A stretch of 64,000 nucleotides of DNA, taken from the NCBI GenBank assembly GCA_002811645.1, contig PDIP01000052.1:1-64000 (forward strand). The letters run 5' to 3'. The notes under the pieces were generated by a model. That model worked only from the letters and a program-made list of their open reading frames with translations. It did no database searches and was not told the origin of the DNA. Shown one piece after another: positions 46,030 through 56,236 of this stretch; position 1 is the stretch's first letter; the number at the start of each line of letters is the position of its first letter. This DNA is from Corallochytrium limacisporum Hawaii. Its lineage: Eukaryota > Protista > Pluriformea. The translations under genes and the position numbers were made by a program.

Positions 46030-47287
46030 TAAAATCCAATATCATCATCAAGTCATACAATGCAACGATCCTCCCCGGCGAGAGCCATGATGGCCGTCTC
46101 GGTCTCAAGTCTGGGTCAGGGGATGCTGATTCACATGATTCAAGGTTAATGCCATGATTCAGTGCCGTTTGGCTAGCCAGGACCCATTTTCTCGCACCGT
46201 TCTCTCTGGGTCCCCCCCTCTCTCTGTCTCTCTCTCCCTCTCCCTCTCTCTCCGCCCTTGTCATTTCTTTAAATTTTTATTTTGTTTTTGTTTGGAGAAA
46301 GGGCCCCCCCCCCCCCGGGGGGGTTGGGGGTTGGGTTGGGTGTGAAAGGGGGCCCGTGGGGTCTCAAAAAGCGAAAAACCGTTCCTTCCCTGGCCATTTT
46401 CAACCCCCACCACTGGCGCGCGCAGTAGAAAGTACCGACCGCGAGGGACCATAAACAAACACCCCAGGCAGTAGAGAAAGTACTGTGGTGGGTGCCTATG
46501 CCACGGTGTCAGGGGCCCCTTCACACCCCCTCTCCATCACCCACCCACCCGCCTTTCTTTTTCTTCCTCTTCCTCGCTTGTCAATTTTCAGCTGGCTATT
46601 TTTTATTGTTCTTGTTTTTTTTTTTTTCCACCTTGGCTTTCGGCTCTTAGCCCTACCCCCCCACCCCCCAAACCCGGTGGAGTTGGTGGTGACACAGTCT
46701 GCCCCGTGTATACCTATAGTGAATGGCCCATCCGGTGGTAGTGTCATGAGAGGTGTGTGTATACATACACACCGAGGCACCTCCAGGAGGGGAGCCAAGC
46801 ACGGTGCCTGCTGTGCTAATGCAGGGGCTTTTGGTCTTTGCGCGTGGGTGCCCCTTATGCGCACCGTACCGGGGCCCCCTCCACATAGCGGCGTAACCCG
46901 TGGGCCAGCAAGGGTGTTGTGGCATTCGAGATGTAGTCCCATCACAACCCTTACTGGGCTTTGGCGCGCTTGTTGACTTTGATATTGTTGTAAGCACTTG
47001 ACTTTTTCGGTTTCGGCCTGGTGTCTATGCCCTTGTCGGTCGCTAAACAATAATTATCCAGACATTTGATGAAACAGCTATTTGTTATGATCAAGATTGG
47101 TTTCTGCGGGGTTGTTTACCAGGTGTTTTAGGCCATATTACATATCTCTACGGGGCTTCAAAGCAACAAAAGGGATCATACGTCCGGGAAGTACACGGGT
47201 TTTAACACTCTTGCATTTCTGGGATATTGGTGTAGAGTTTACCATAGTATCATAGTATTTAGAAACATAATTAAGGGTTAACCAATC

Positions 47288-47941
47288 ATGTTCCGCAACG
47301 CTAGCATTCGGGCCGTGTCCGCCAGCCGAGCCGCTGTGCAGGCTTCTCGCTACTACGCCGCTGAGGCTGCTGCTTTCAAGAAGCCTCCAATTGCCGTCAC
47401 TGGCACTGGTGGCCGCTATGCTGCTGCGCTGTACAGTGCTGCCGCCAAGAAGAATACCATGGACACCGTCGAGAAGGAGATGGGTCAGATCTCTTCACTG
47501 TACACCTCCGACGCCAAATTCCGCCAGTCTGTTGAGGATCCCGCTGCCACTAACACTACTAAGGCTGATGCCATGAAGGCTGCTCTGGCTAAGGGTGGTT
47601 TCTCTGAGCTGACGACGAACACTCTTGTGCTGATGGCTGAGAACAACTCCCTCAAGAGCCTTCCCGACATGGCTTCCCAGTATGCCGCCATTATGCGCGC
47701 CTCCCGTGGCGAGATCCAGGCCGTTGTCACCAGCGCAAAGCCCCTGGGTTCCAAGCAGCAGTCTCGCATCAACGCCGCTATCCTAAAGCTGTCTGACAGC
47801 AAGGACAAGGTTGCAGTCGAGTACAAGGTCGACGAATCTACTGTTGGGGGTCTGGTTGTAGACGTTGGTGACAAGAGCATAGATTTGAGCACTCAGACCA
47901 AGCTGAAACGCATGAACGATCTGCTGCGTGAGGCTTTGTGA
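47288..47941 (+). CDS. ATP5PO: Mitochondrial ATP synthase subunit OSCP (delta family)
   Basis: Arg/Ala-rich presequence, GRYAAALYSAAAK, VTSAKPL, GGLVVDVGDKSIDLS. Confidence 0.95.
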   Translation: MFRNASIRAVSASRAAVQASRYYAAEAAAFKKPPIAVTGTGGRYAAALYSAAAKKNTMDTVEKEMGQISSLYTSDAKFRQSVEDPAATNTTKADAMKAALAKGGFSELTTNTLVLMAENNSLKSLPDMASQYAAIMRASRGEIQAVVTSAKPLGSKQQSRINAAILKLSDSKDKVAVEYKVDESTVGGLVVDVGDKSIDLSTQTKLKRMNDLLREAL

Positions 47942-48761
47942 ACATGATGGTCCGCGCTCTCACCAAGTAAAAGCATCGCATGTGTACAGCATGGCTCGTG
48001 TCCCATTTTAGTCACCCTTCTATGACACGGAGGGTCATCCAAAGTCAATGAGCCCTCAAGGGCAACGGACCTTCCATTGGATAGGGTTGGGTGCATACAC
48101 CATAAGTCTTTACACTCTTTATAAGTCAAATAAAAACAAGTAAAATTCCAATCTCTTCCAACAGGTCATGGTCAGAGCGAAACCGTGAGTGAGGCAGGCC
48201 GCGACCTGTTACGCCGTCTCCACGAACCGCGAAGGCCCCCTTTACCCCATTCCCAGCAGCCACCTCTGCCCCCCCCCCCCTCTCTCTTCCCCCTCTTCCC
48301 CAGCGGGGGGCGACGAGGGAGTGTACTCTCTGTGTGTGTGTGTGTGTGTGTTGCTGAGGAGGAGGAAAAAGTTACGAAACCCCGGCCGGTGAAAATGTTT
48401 GTGGCGTGGAATTCCCCGTCTTCCCGCACCCATACAATGAGAAGGAAATGGGGAAGGGTAGGACGAGTGGGTTAGATTGGGGCGGCTACTGTGTACCCAG
48501 CGCTTTGCTCGGTGCGCAAGTATCCCCCTGCGCAGGTCAGCTGACTCACAGGGTGCGGGTGAAAGACTTGGCGCGATCGCCAAGTGTTTGTAGGTCATGT
48601 TCGCGAAATTGAAGTGATGGTGATGTGACGAATTCATTAACTGTCGTGATATTTAACAAGTAACATGCCAGACGTGGTTTTCGTGGAAGCAGAACAGTAC
48701 GAATCTGTACCCGACTCCCTATTCGGATTGCAAGGACGCATCAAAGGAAACTATCCTAACA

Positions 48762-49871
48762 ATGAAGGCCGCATACTACGAAAAGTTTGGTACAGTGGAC
48801 ACTCTCAATGTCACAGAGCAACCCAGTCCGACTACGCCTCAGGGCAAAAGGTTTGTGAATATCAAAGTCAGAGCAGCCGGTGTGAACCCGGTGGATCGCA
48901 TGATATTGTATGGTTTCTACCCGACTATCATGGGGCGTGCCTGCCCCTCTGTTCTTGGACAGGATTTTGTTGGAGAACTGCTTGAAGACGTAACCGAGTT
49001 GTCTTTGAAGCAGGGCGACAAGATCTATGGCATGATTGCTTTGCTTGGGAACAAAGGTCGTGGGTCGTTCGCCACTGAGGCCCGCGTAGGAGTCGATGAG
49101 ATCTGCGCACTTCCCCAGAACGTCAACCCTGTCGGAGCCAGTACACTACCCCTGGTCATGCTCACGGTGATGCAGGCCTTCGTCCGCGCAGGTATCATTG
49201 ACGACAAGACAGTGGTTGAAGGAGAAGCTCCAGGGGCTGCACCGGGCGTGAAGGGCCGCAAGATCTTCATCCAGGCAGGCAGCGGTGGCTTGGGCACTTG
49301 CGCCATACAATTCGCAAGCCACCTGGGCCTCGAAGTACATACCAACTGCAGTGCCCAGAATCATCCGCTGGTCAAATCGTTAGGGGCCGACTTTGCCTAC
49401 GACTACCACGAGGAGAACTGGCAGGACCCCATCAAGGGCAAGATGGACTATGTCATGACCTCCATGGGTGGACCGTCACAGATGAATTGCGAGATGGCGG
49501 CCCCTCTGCTGAAGAAAAAGGGCAACGATGAATCTGATCCCAAGTTCATGCCCGTCCACATTTGGGTTGCCAACGGAGCTCTTGGATGGGCAGGTATGAA
49601 GAAGCACGGTGATAGACTCGGGTGGCTGCTCGGCGGCCTTCAGATGATGGGCCAGGTTACGGGACAGAAGATGGGCTTTGGCAAAACTCACGCGTTCATT
49701 CAGGTCGTTGTGGATGTGAACCCGCGTCATCTAAGGTCCGCGAGTGTTTTGGTCGCCAATCGATCGGTCAAGCCTGTGCTCGAAGACAGCTTCGAGCTCG
49801 AGAAGATCCAAGACGCCCTCAACCACGTCGCCTCCGGTCACTGCAAGGGCAAGGTGGCAGTCCGTTGCTGA
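48762..49871 (+). CDS. MDR-superfamily NADPH:quinone oxidoreductase-like protein (RTN4IP1/zeta-crystallin-like)
   Basis: AAGVNPVD, P.VLGQDFVG, AGSGGLG..AIQFA, GHCKGKV. Confidence 0.88.
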   Translation: MKAAYYEKFGTVDTLNVTEQPSPTTPQGKRFVNIKVRAAGVNPVDRMILYGFYPTIMGRACPSVLGQDFVGELLEDVTELSLKQGDKIYGMIALLGNKGRGSFATEARVGVDEICALPQNVNPVGASTLPLVMLTVMQAFVRAGIIDDKTVVEGEAPGAAPGVKGRKIFIQAGSGGLGTCAIQFASHLGLEVHTNCSAQNHPLVKSLGADFAYDYHEENWQDPIKGKMDYVMTSMGGPSQMNCEMAAPLLKKKGNDESDPKFMPVHIWVANGALGWAGMKKHGDRLGWLLGGLQMMGQVTGQKMGFGKTHAFIQVVVDVNPRHLRSASVLVANRSVKPVLEDSFELEKIQDALNHVASGHCKGKVAVRC

Positions 49872-50303
49872 CGCAAAGACGGCGTTACCGTATATTAATA
49901 TAAATGTAAATACGTACCAAAACAATCCCCAACCGTGTTGTCCGACCCCCGGCCACGGCCTCTCTCAATTAGTACTACGCGACATTGTCTTTGTACACAA
50001 TTAAATATCCGGATTATTCTAATTTGCCGGGTGGGGGTAGGAAACGGGTTCCGGCAAAGAGAGAAGCTTAAGAAGAAAAAAAACCAAGGACAAGAAGAAA
50101 GGAGAAAGAAAAGACAAAGGGGGAGAGAGAGAGAGAGAAAATGAAATGTTTTTTCTTGTAAAACAAACAAGAAAATAGAACGGGAACCCAGCAGAAAAAA
50201 AAAATCAAACGGTGTGAGAGCGGAATGGGCACAAGTACCAGAGTCGGGAGAGTGGCGAAGAAAGGGGGCCCAACAAACCCTCCCTGTCCCTCCCCCCTCT
50301 CAC

Positions 50304-50305
<2 letters not shown>

Positions 50306-50356
<51 letters not shown>
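50306..50356. repeat. (CT)n microsatellite
   Basis: Visible directly in the sequence. Confidence 0.95.
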
Positions 50357-50360
<4 letters not shown>

Positions 50361-50614
50361 GACCGTCAGAGCGCCGCACTTCCAGGGCTGTCCCGCGCAA
50401 TTGTCTGTGGGTACTGTGGCCCAAGGATACCACACTCCACTCCACCTTCGCTTGTTCTCCCTCGTTCTCTCGGTGTCTCTCTGTCTCTGTGCTCTCTAAA
50501 CGCCCTTGTCCGTCTCCACACTCACTCTCTCACTCACGATCGAAAGCCCGACGGGCGGCAAAATCAGAAATGCGGTTTGGGTCAGTAGCCTTCACCCGCA
50601 GGGAGCGAACGCGC

Positions 50615-50677
50615 GCCCACGTAGCCCGCGTAGCCCGCACAGCCCGCATAGCCGGCGTAGCCCGCGTAGCCCGCATA
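50615..50677. repeat. 9-bp tandem repeat (GCCCGCRTA) x7
   Basis: gcccacgta gcccgcgta gcccgcaca gcccgcata gccggcgta gcccgcgta gcccgcata. Confidence 0.9.
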
Positions 50678-50767
50678 CGCGCTCCCTTGGCATCCGGAAC
50701 GACGTTTTTCTCTCCTCCTTTCTGCAGGGGTGGGAGAGTGGTAAGCAGAGAGCAGCTTCAGCTTTGC

Positions 50768-50768
<1 letters not shown>

Positions 50769-50834
<66 letters not shown>

Positions 50835-50854
50835 TACGTACGTACGTACGTACG
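50769..50854. repeat. (TG)31(TACG)6 alternating purine-pyrimidine tract
   Basis: Visible directly in the sequence. Confidence 0.95.
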
Positions 50855-51700
50855 TGCTTGAGGGGTTTGTATAGTATTCTCCACCAACCAAACCTACCAT
50901 CGGGAACTGCGGTGCCAGACCGCACGGGGTTGGGGCAGGCGAATTACTAGGGGAACCAACCAACCCCCTCCGGCCCGATTTGCTTTCTTTTGTTCTTTTC
51001 TTTTTTTGGACCGCGGTTTGGATTTTTTCTGTTTTTTTTTAAAAAAATCGAGCGAGCATTGCTAGGTCTTCAGTGGGGTAAAAAGCGCAAGGAATATAAG
51101 GAAGAGAAAAATGGAACAAGGAAAAAAATGAAGAAAGCGCCGAGAAAAGAAAAAATTGAAAAAGAAATTGGGAGGCAACGCAGGCCATTCACTATAGAGC
51201 TGGTGGGGGGACAATGAGTTCACAGTTGGTGGTGCTGAGAGGCCTCGCTCTGAGCTTCGATTTGCCGCTGTGGTCGGTCGGTAGGACACCGTACGCAGAT
51301 GCAGAGATCTTCCAGCACTCATCGCGGGTTCCAAGGCTGATGCTGCAAACTGAAAGCTGCCAATTCCTTGGATTGTAGGTAAACAGGTTTTCCTCTGTCC
51401 CAACCCGGAAGGTTGTTGAAAGAATCCAGTTCCGTGTATTGAACACTGAGATATGCGAATGTTTGTAGCAACGTGAATAGCGATATCTTTGGCACAGACG
51501 TGGGAAATACAGGGACTAATAGAGCTCTCCCTTGCAAGATCTGCGTTCAGTATATTCACACTATCATTAGCAAGGAGGATATGATGACATTACATAGGAA
51601 CTGAAAGGCACAGATTAAGCTCAATTTTCAATTCCGTCGAATGAAAGCCATGCCATCGTAGAGCTGACAAGAATCAATTCACATTGAGAGTGGTACATTC

Positions 51701-54700
51701 GTGTTCCATATGGAGGGAACCATGGATGTGGATGAGTCCAAAACTGGGCCTGCTGCCGAGCAGACGACAGTCAAAGACGGATCAGCAGAGCAGGTACCAT
51801 CGTCTGGCCCGGGGGGTCGAACTGAGTTCCGCAGCGTGCATGATTCAGGGACAGAGTCGGAGGCGTCCGCTCGCGAGTCGCCCCTAGCTTCTTCGGGAAC
51901 GAGGGCTCCACGGAATCAGAGCAGTTTCCAATTGCAACGCAAAATTAGTGAAAGAGGCTTGGGTGCGGGACAGCAACAATTCAGACAACATAGAAATTCC
52001 GCGGATGACGTCTCTGACTCCGCTGCAAGTCTTGACAGTAGCCCACAGGGAGGAAGCAACAATAGTGTGACAAGGAGCGGTAGTGGACCAACAGGGACAG
52101 CACCAATCTCTCGGATACGGAATAGACCAAGTAGTATGCAACGACAGCTGGGGGTCACAACCCGCCGTCGGAGCAGCCAGGGCTGCACCACGACCGCCCT
52201 GCAGCAGACTGTGATGCGAGGTGGAAACCTGCCGCAGCACCACTCTTACCTGCGCAGTAGGGAGGATACCATGGACGACACGGACAGTGAGCCGCTGCGG
52301 GATCCCCAGCAACAGAGTAGCACAGGCAGCGGGACTCTTGCCAATAGTAGTAGCAACAACTCTGTAACGGCCACGGCCACCACTTTTCAACAGCAACAGA
52401 AACAGCGGCAGCATTCAATATCATCAGGTGATGGCATGCAATCTGGCCATCCACTCCACAACAGCGCCAGTTTTGGTACTGCCAGTGCTGGTGGCGCCGG
52501 CCATATCACGCCTTCCTCGTCGGCGGTCAACACACCGATCCGCGCTCCGGCATCCCCGAACCCACTGTCAAATGCAGGCATTCTTGCAGCGCAGTTTCCG
52601 GGCCGCAGCGACTCTCAGCACGCCGAAACCGACGACGATGCCATCAGTGTGACCTCTTTCGCGAGCTACGTGAGTGATCGCAGCCACCACCATTTCCATA
52701 CCGGTGGCCCTAGTGGGACGGCCGCTGCCAAGGGTGGTGGTGGATCGACACTACAAAGAGAGAGCGTCAGCGTCGGTGGCGGTCTGAATACACCAACTCA
52801 TCCAGGCCTGAACCGACCGACAAGCGCCCAGGGAGCGGCCAGCAGTAACAGCGTCCGTTTGTCCATGCCGCCTTCACCCGGCGGAAGTTCGGTAGCCAGC
52901 GTTGGAGAGCGCGGCCCAGGATCGGGCACCACCTCGCTCACACCGCGCGCCGCAGCGGCGACGCTCGTGGCATGCAATGCGAACCCGGGTGTCTCCAGTA
53001 TCAGTCCCAGCGGCCAGACTCTGGGTGGCCAAGCATCGAACCGCAAAAGGAAACTTAGCCAACGGGTCGCCTACCAACCGGCCATCAGCAGCAATCTCGC
53101 GAAGAGCGAGACGAATAGTGTTGGTGGCCAGAGCATTACTTCGGACAAGGAACTCATGCAAAAGTACGCTGAAGGCAGTAAACTGAGGGAGACTAAAGAG
53201 AGCAGTGCTGGTACAAGTGGCCCTCATGTTGGGCCCCACATCCCTCAATCGCCGAGTCTACTCCACAGTCTCCATGACGCGGACTCGGACGAAGATGGCG
53301 ACAGCAATTCTTTGGGCGGAGGCGGTAGCAAGCAGGAGTCTGCGATTTTGCCACCACCCCAGACGCGGCATCGACGCAAGATCCTCGGTGCTCGGACAGC
53401 TGCAGGTCGCGAAGCCCGTCTGAATCGAATTATGCACGAATCCGACGATGCCAATGTGAACCTCGAACGTGAGATTGCGAGCGAACGTGAGTTCACCACA
53501 AGCAACCGTCTAATGAGCCACTTCGAGGAATCTTTCTCTATCGAAGACGCGGACACACGATCCGAACTGCACGGCAGTGAAATGCACTACCCGCGCAGCC
53601 CTGGTGGTGCCAGTGTGCACTCAGGTGTGGACACACACCGACCGATTAAACGCAAGAAGATTGCCGGCGTCGGAGAAGCGAGCGGCACCAGCGCCGGAGC
53701 TGGAGCTGGAGCGGGAACTGGAACTGGTTCGTTCACTCCACGGTCACCATCAGCATCTGCGGCAGCTGCGCACTTTGGAAGTCCCCTCATCAGTCCCCGA
53801 TCACCATCTCCATCTCCTTTCCAACGTGGATGGAGTCCGAGTCGGTTCGTGGGTGGAGGTCAGCCCTCGACCAGCGGTCAGTCGCCGCTGCCTTGGGGCG
53901 GGGCCACTGGAAGTAGCGGAACCCCGCAGGCCGCGGGAGTGGACGGTACTTTGAGTGCCAACCGCAGGACCGCTGCTGCTCAAATCGACAGGCCAGCATC
54001 AGCGCACGGGCCGGGGACTTCCTTCTTTGGCAGTCCGGCCTCACCTGGGTGGACCCAGGGGCAGGTCTTCCATCCTACGGCACGACGCGGCCGGAGCATC
54101 ACCCGTACCGACCTGGAGCGAAGTAATTCGCATGGGTCAACCGGGGCTTTGCCACTGGTAGGTAGTAAGGGTCATTCCATTCTCGCGCCTTTGCAGAACG
54201 AGGGCACCCCCGGCGTACTGGGATCAGGGGCCGGTAGCAGTGCTGGGGCTGGTCCCAGGCCGGCAGGTGTAAGTCCTGCTGGCGCTAAGACAACCGACGA
54301 GGGCACGAGCGCAGCACCGGCGGCGGATGGAATCTCGTCATCGCCGGCGTTCGGGCGCATACCAGCGGCTGTGGGCCACGGCTCGACGGTTTCGGCCCCG
54401 ACGTCGCCATTCTTCCGTGGGGCTGTATTTCCCTCGGTGGTCAGTGCTACGCGGGCTTCCGGGGGCTCTGGTAGTTCAGGAGGTACGGGTGCCGGCGTCA
54501 ATCTACACAATCCGTTCTTGCCTCGTAATTCCGAGGCATCGATGGGCAGTGCGGAACATGCCAAACCATTCAAGCTCGATGACGCAGAGGACGGAGAGGC
54601 CACCTTAGCAGCACCAGCAGCAGCGACAACGAGAGCTTCGGTGACATCGGCCATGGATGAAGAGGAGGACGAGAAAGTAGCAGGGAGCACCGGGGGGGCC

Positions 54701-54757
54701 AAAAACACCGAATGCAACGACGAGACCATGGAAGACGCTGAAGGTTGTGATAACTGA
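51701..54757 (+). CDS. Large disordered Ser/Gly-rich protein with a FAM122/PABIR (PP2A-B55 inhibitor) core
   Basis: RLNRIMHES..NLEREIASEREFTTSNRLMSHFEESFSIED matches the FAM122A core as I recall it ([39 protein letters not shown]), followed by an SP-rich segment. Confidence 0.75.
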   Translation: MFHMEGTMDVDESKTGPAAEQTTVKDGSAEQVPSSGPGGRTEFRSVHDSGTESEASARESPLASSGTRAPRNQSSFQLQRKISERGLGAGQQQFRQHRNSADDVSDSAASLDSSPQGGSNNSVTRSGSGPTGTAPISRIRNRPSSMQRQLGVTTRRRSSQGCTTTALQQTVMRGGNLPQHHSYLRSREDTMDDTDSEPLRDPQQQSSTGSGTLANSSSNNSVTATATTFQQQQKQRQHSISSGDGMQSGHPLHNSASFGTASAGGAGHITPSSSAVNTPIRAPASPNPLSNAGILAAQFPGRSDSQHAETDDDAISVTSFASYVSDRSHHHFHTGGPSGTAAAKGGGGSTLQRESVSVGGGLNTPTHPGLNRPTSAQGAASSNSVRLSMPPSPGGSSVASVGERGPGSGTTSLTPRAAAATLVACNANPGVSSISPSGQTLGGQASNRKRKLSQRVAYQPAISSNLAKSETNSVGGQSITSDKELMQKYAEGSKLRETKESSAGTSGPHVGPHIPQSPSLLHSLHDADSDEDGDSNSLGGGGSKQESAILPPPQTRHRRKILGARTAAGREARLNRIMHESDDANVNLEREIASEREFTTSNRLMSHFEESFSIEDADTRSELHGSEMHYPRSPGGASVHSGVDTHRPIKRKKIAGVGEASGTSAGAGAGAGTGTGSFTPRSPSASAAAAHFGSPLISPRSPSPSPFQRGWSPSRFVGGGQPSTSGQSPLPWGGATGSSGTPQAAGVDGTLSANRRTAAAQIDRPASAHGPGTSFFGSPASPGWTQGQVFHPTARRGRSITRTDLERSNSHGSTGALPLVGSKGHSILAPLQNEGTPGVLGSGAGSSAGAGPRPAGVSPAGAKTTDEGTSAAPAADGISSSPAFGRIPAAVGHGSTVSAPTSPFFRGAVFPSVVSATRASGGSGSSGGTGAGVNLHNPFLPRNSEASMGSAEHAKPFKLDDAEDGEATLAAPAAATTRASVTSAMDEEEDEKVAGSTGGAKNTECNDETMEDAEGCDN

Positions 54758-54861
54758 GTCGCCGTGGACCGCGCAATCTGCCGTTTGTGGATGTCTTTGC
54801 TTGTACAATAAAAGAATCTTAATTAGACGTTAAGTAAGTCGATATAATGGTTTTCTATTTG

Positions 54862-55734
54862 TCACCGGAACAGTGCATCCAGTGCATCTCGCGACGCTTG
54901 ATCCAACTTTCTCACCGCGGGACCGGCTTTTTGCGATGAGGGCGACTGCGTGCGTATGTTCCCTTCCATTCCGTGGCTCTCCCTTGCGCCCACGCCAAAG
55001 AGTGCCTCGTCCATCTCTGCCACCCTTCGTCGATGTTGGAACTTCTGCCGCTCCAGGCAATGCTTACGCTCTCGTTCGGCCGCCTCCCGCAGAACAAAAG
55101 TCGATTTGCGTTTGCTTTTGCCTTTCATAACACTGGGTCGCTGCTGTTGCAATCGATCGCTCTTGGTGCCGCCTCGAGAAGCCCTTGGAGGTAGCGGTAG
55201 TGACTTACGGGCAAGGCCCTCTTCCATTTCAGTATCGACAGTGTTTTTCTGCTGGTTGCCCTTGCGTCCAAGCCTCTTAAGCTCCCATTCTTTATATCTT
55301 AACAGTGTTACCGGAGCCATAACAATTTCTGTTATATCTGACTGTGTCCGTTGAGAGACCAGGAATTCGAGGATGGTCATGAGCTTTGAAGAGACCGATT
55401 GCCCCGCCTGAGCGGCCTCCAAGACTGCCAAGCCACCGCACAGTTCAACCGCTTTCCAGAGTCCCAGAAACTCTTGCTCAGACCACGGGAGATGTTGCTG
55501 TTTCTTTTTCAATTCCTTGCGAGCTCTTCCAGTTTTGCTTGTGTCACTATCATGGTCTTCGGCAGTGGTAAGTTTTCCAGCCTGCTGGTCTCCATCACTC
55601 ACTTCAAAGTCGTCATCTTTTGCCTCCAATCCAAACTCTATGGGGTTCTGCATCTCCATGTCAATGACACTGAGAGGAACCATTGAACGCAGCTCTGCTG
55701 CTGAAAAGAAATCATGACGATGTAGCTCTGGCAT
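54862..55734 (-). CDS. Hypothetical nuclear protein with a SANT/Myb-like domain
   Basis: PWSEQEFLGLWKAVELCG...RTQSDITE resembles SANT helices 1 and 3; basic, coiled C-terminus; 290 aa. Confidence 0.6.
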   Translation of the reverse strand: MPELHRHDFFSAAELRSMVPLSVIDMEMQNPIEFGLEAKDDDFEVSDGDQQAGKLTTAEDHDSDTSKTGRARKELKKKQQHLPWSEQEFLGLWKAVELCGGLAVLEAAQAGQSVSSKLMTILEFLVSQRTQSDITEIVMAPVTLLRYKEWELKRLGRKGNQQKNTVDTEMEEGLARKSLPLPPRASRGGTKSDRLQQQRPSVMKGKSKRKSTFVLREAAERERKHCLERQKFQHRRRVAEMDEALFGVGARESHGMEGNIRTQSPSSQKAGPAVRKLDQASRDALDALFR

Positions 55735-56012
55735 TTTGTACTATCCAAGTCACTTCATTTCGAAGTAGGAGGATGGAAAGCAGCAGAGCGACGATTGCTT
55801 GAGGCAGCACCTCCTCTGTTTCTTACGTTCTTCTTTCACCCGATCTCATCCATCCCACACCAGAAATCAATATGACAATCTCTTCTGGACTGAAGATCTT
55901 CCTCTCAGGTAGCAGCACAAGCGAACGTGAGGTCTCGAAGGCATTATCCTCCTGTGAACTGGTTGCTCTGCGGACGTGACAACACCTCAACGCAAAAGGG
56001 GGGAGGCGAATC

Positions 56013-56022
56013 TTTCGCGCGC
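56013..56022 (-). promoter_or_regulatory. E2F-type site upstream of the SANT/Myb gene
   Basis: TTTCGCGCGC ~280 nt upstream of the ATG, in the same gene-relative orientation as the MCM6 sites. Confidence 0.45.
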
Positions 56023-56236
56023 TGTCTGCGTTCCTCCCCCCCCCCGGGGGGGGGGGAAGGCCGGATGGGGCACTGTGGTGTGGCGACATGTTTGAAGATG
56101 CGTACGGAAACCAAACGTGTCTGAGCAAATGAAATAAGTTTATCTCTGTGTGACTTCATTACATACCAATCGGTTCTTTTCTTTGTATTGTTTTTCTTTA
56201 TGTTTCTCTTTCATCTCTGTAGCCACGATCACCATC

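Noticed and set aside
48020-48062. SECIS-like hairpin in the OSCP 3' UTR
   Set aside because: ATGA-to-AA spacing is too long, there is no 3' GA of the quartet, and the gene has no in-frame TGA.
55700-55734. HDFFS resembling a MIS18BP1/KNL2 motif
   Set aside because: Too short, on the wrong side of the SANT domain, and no SANTA domain; gene symbol not assigned.
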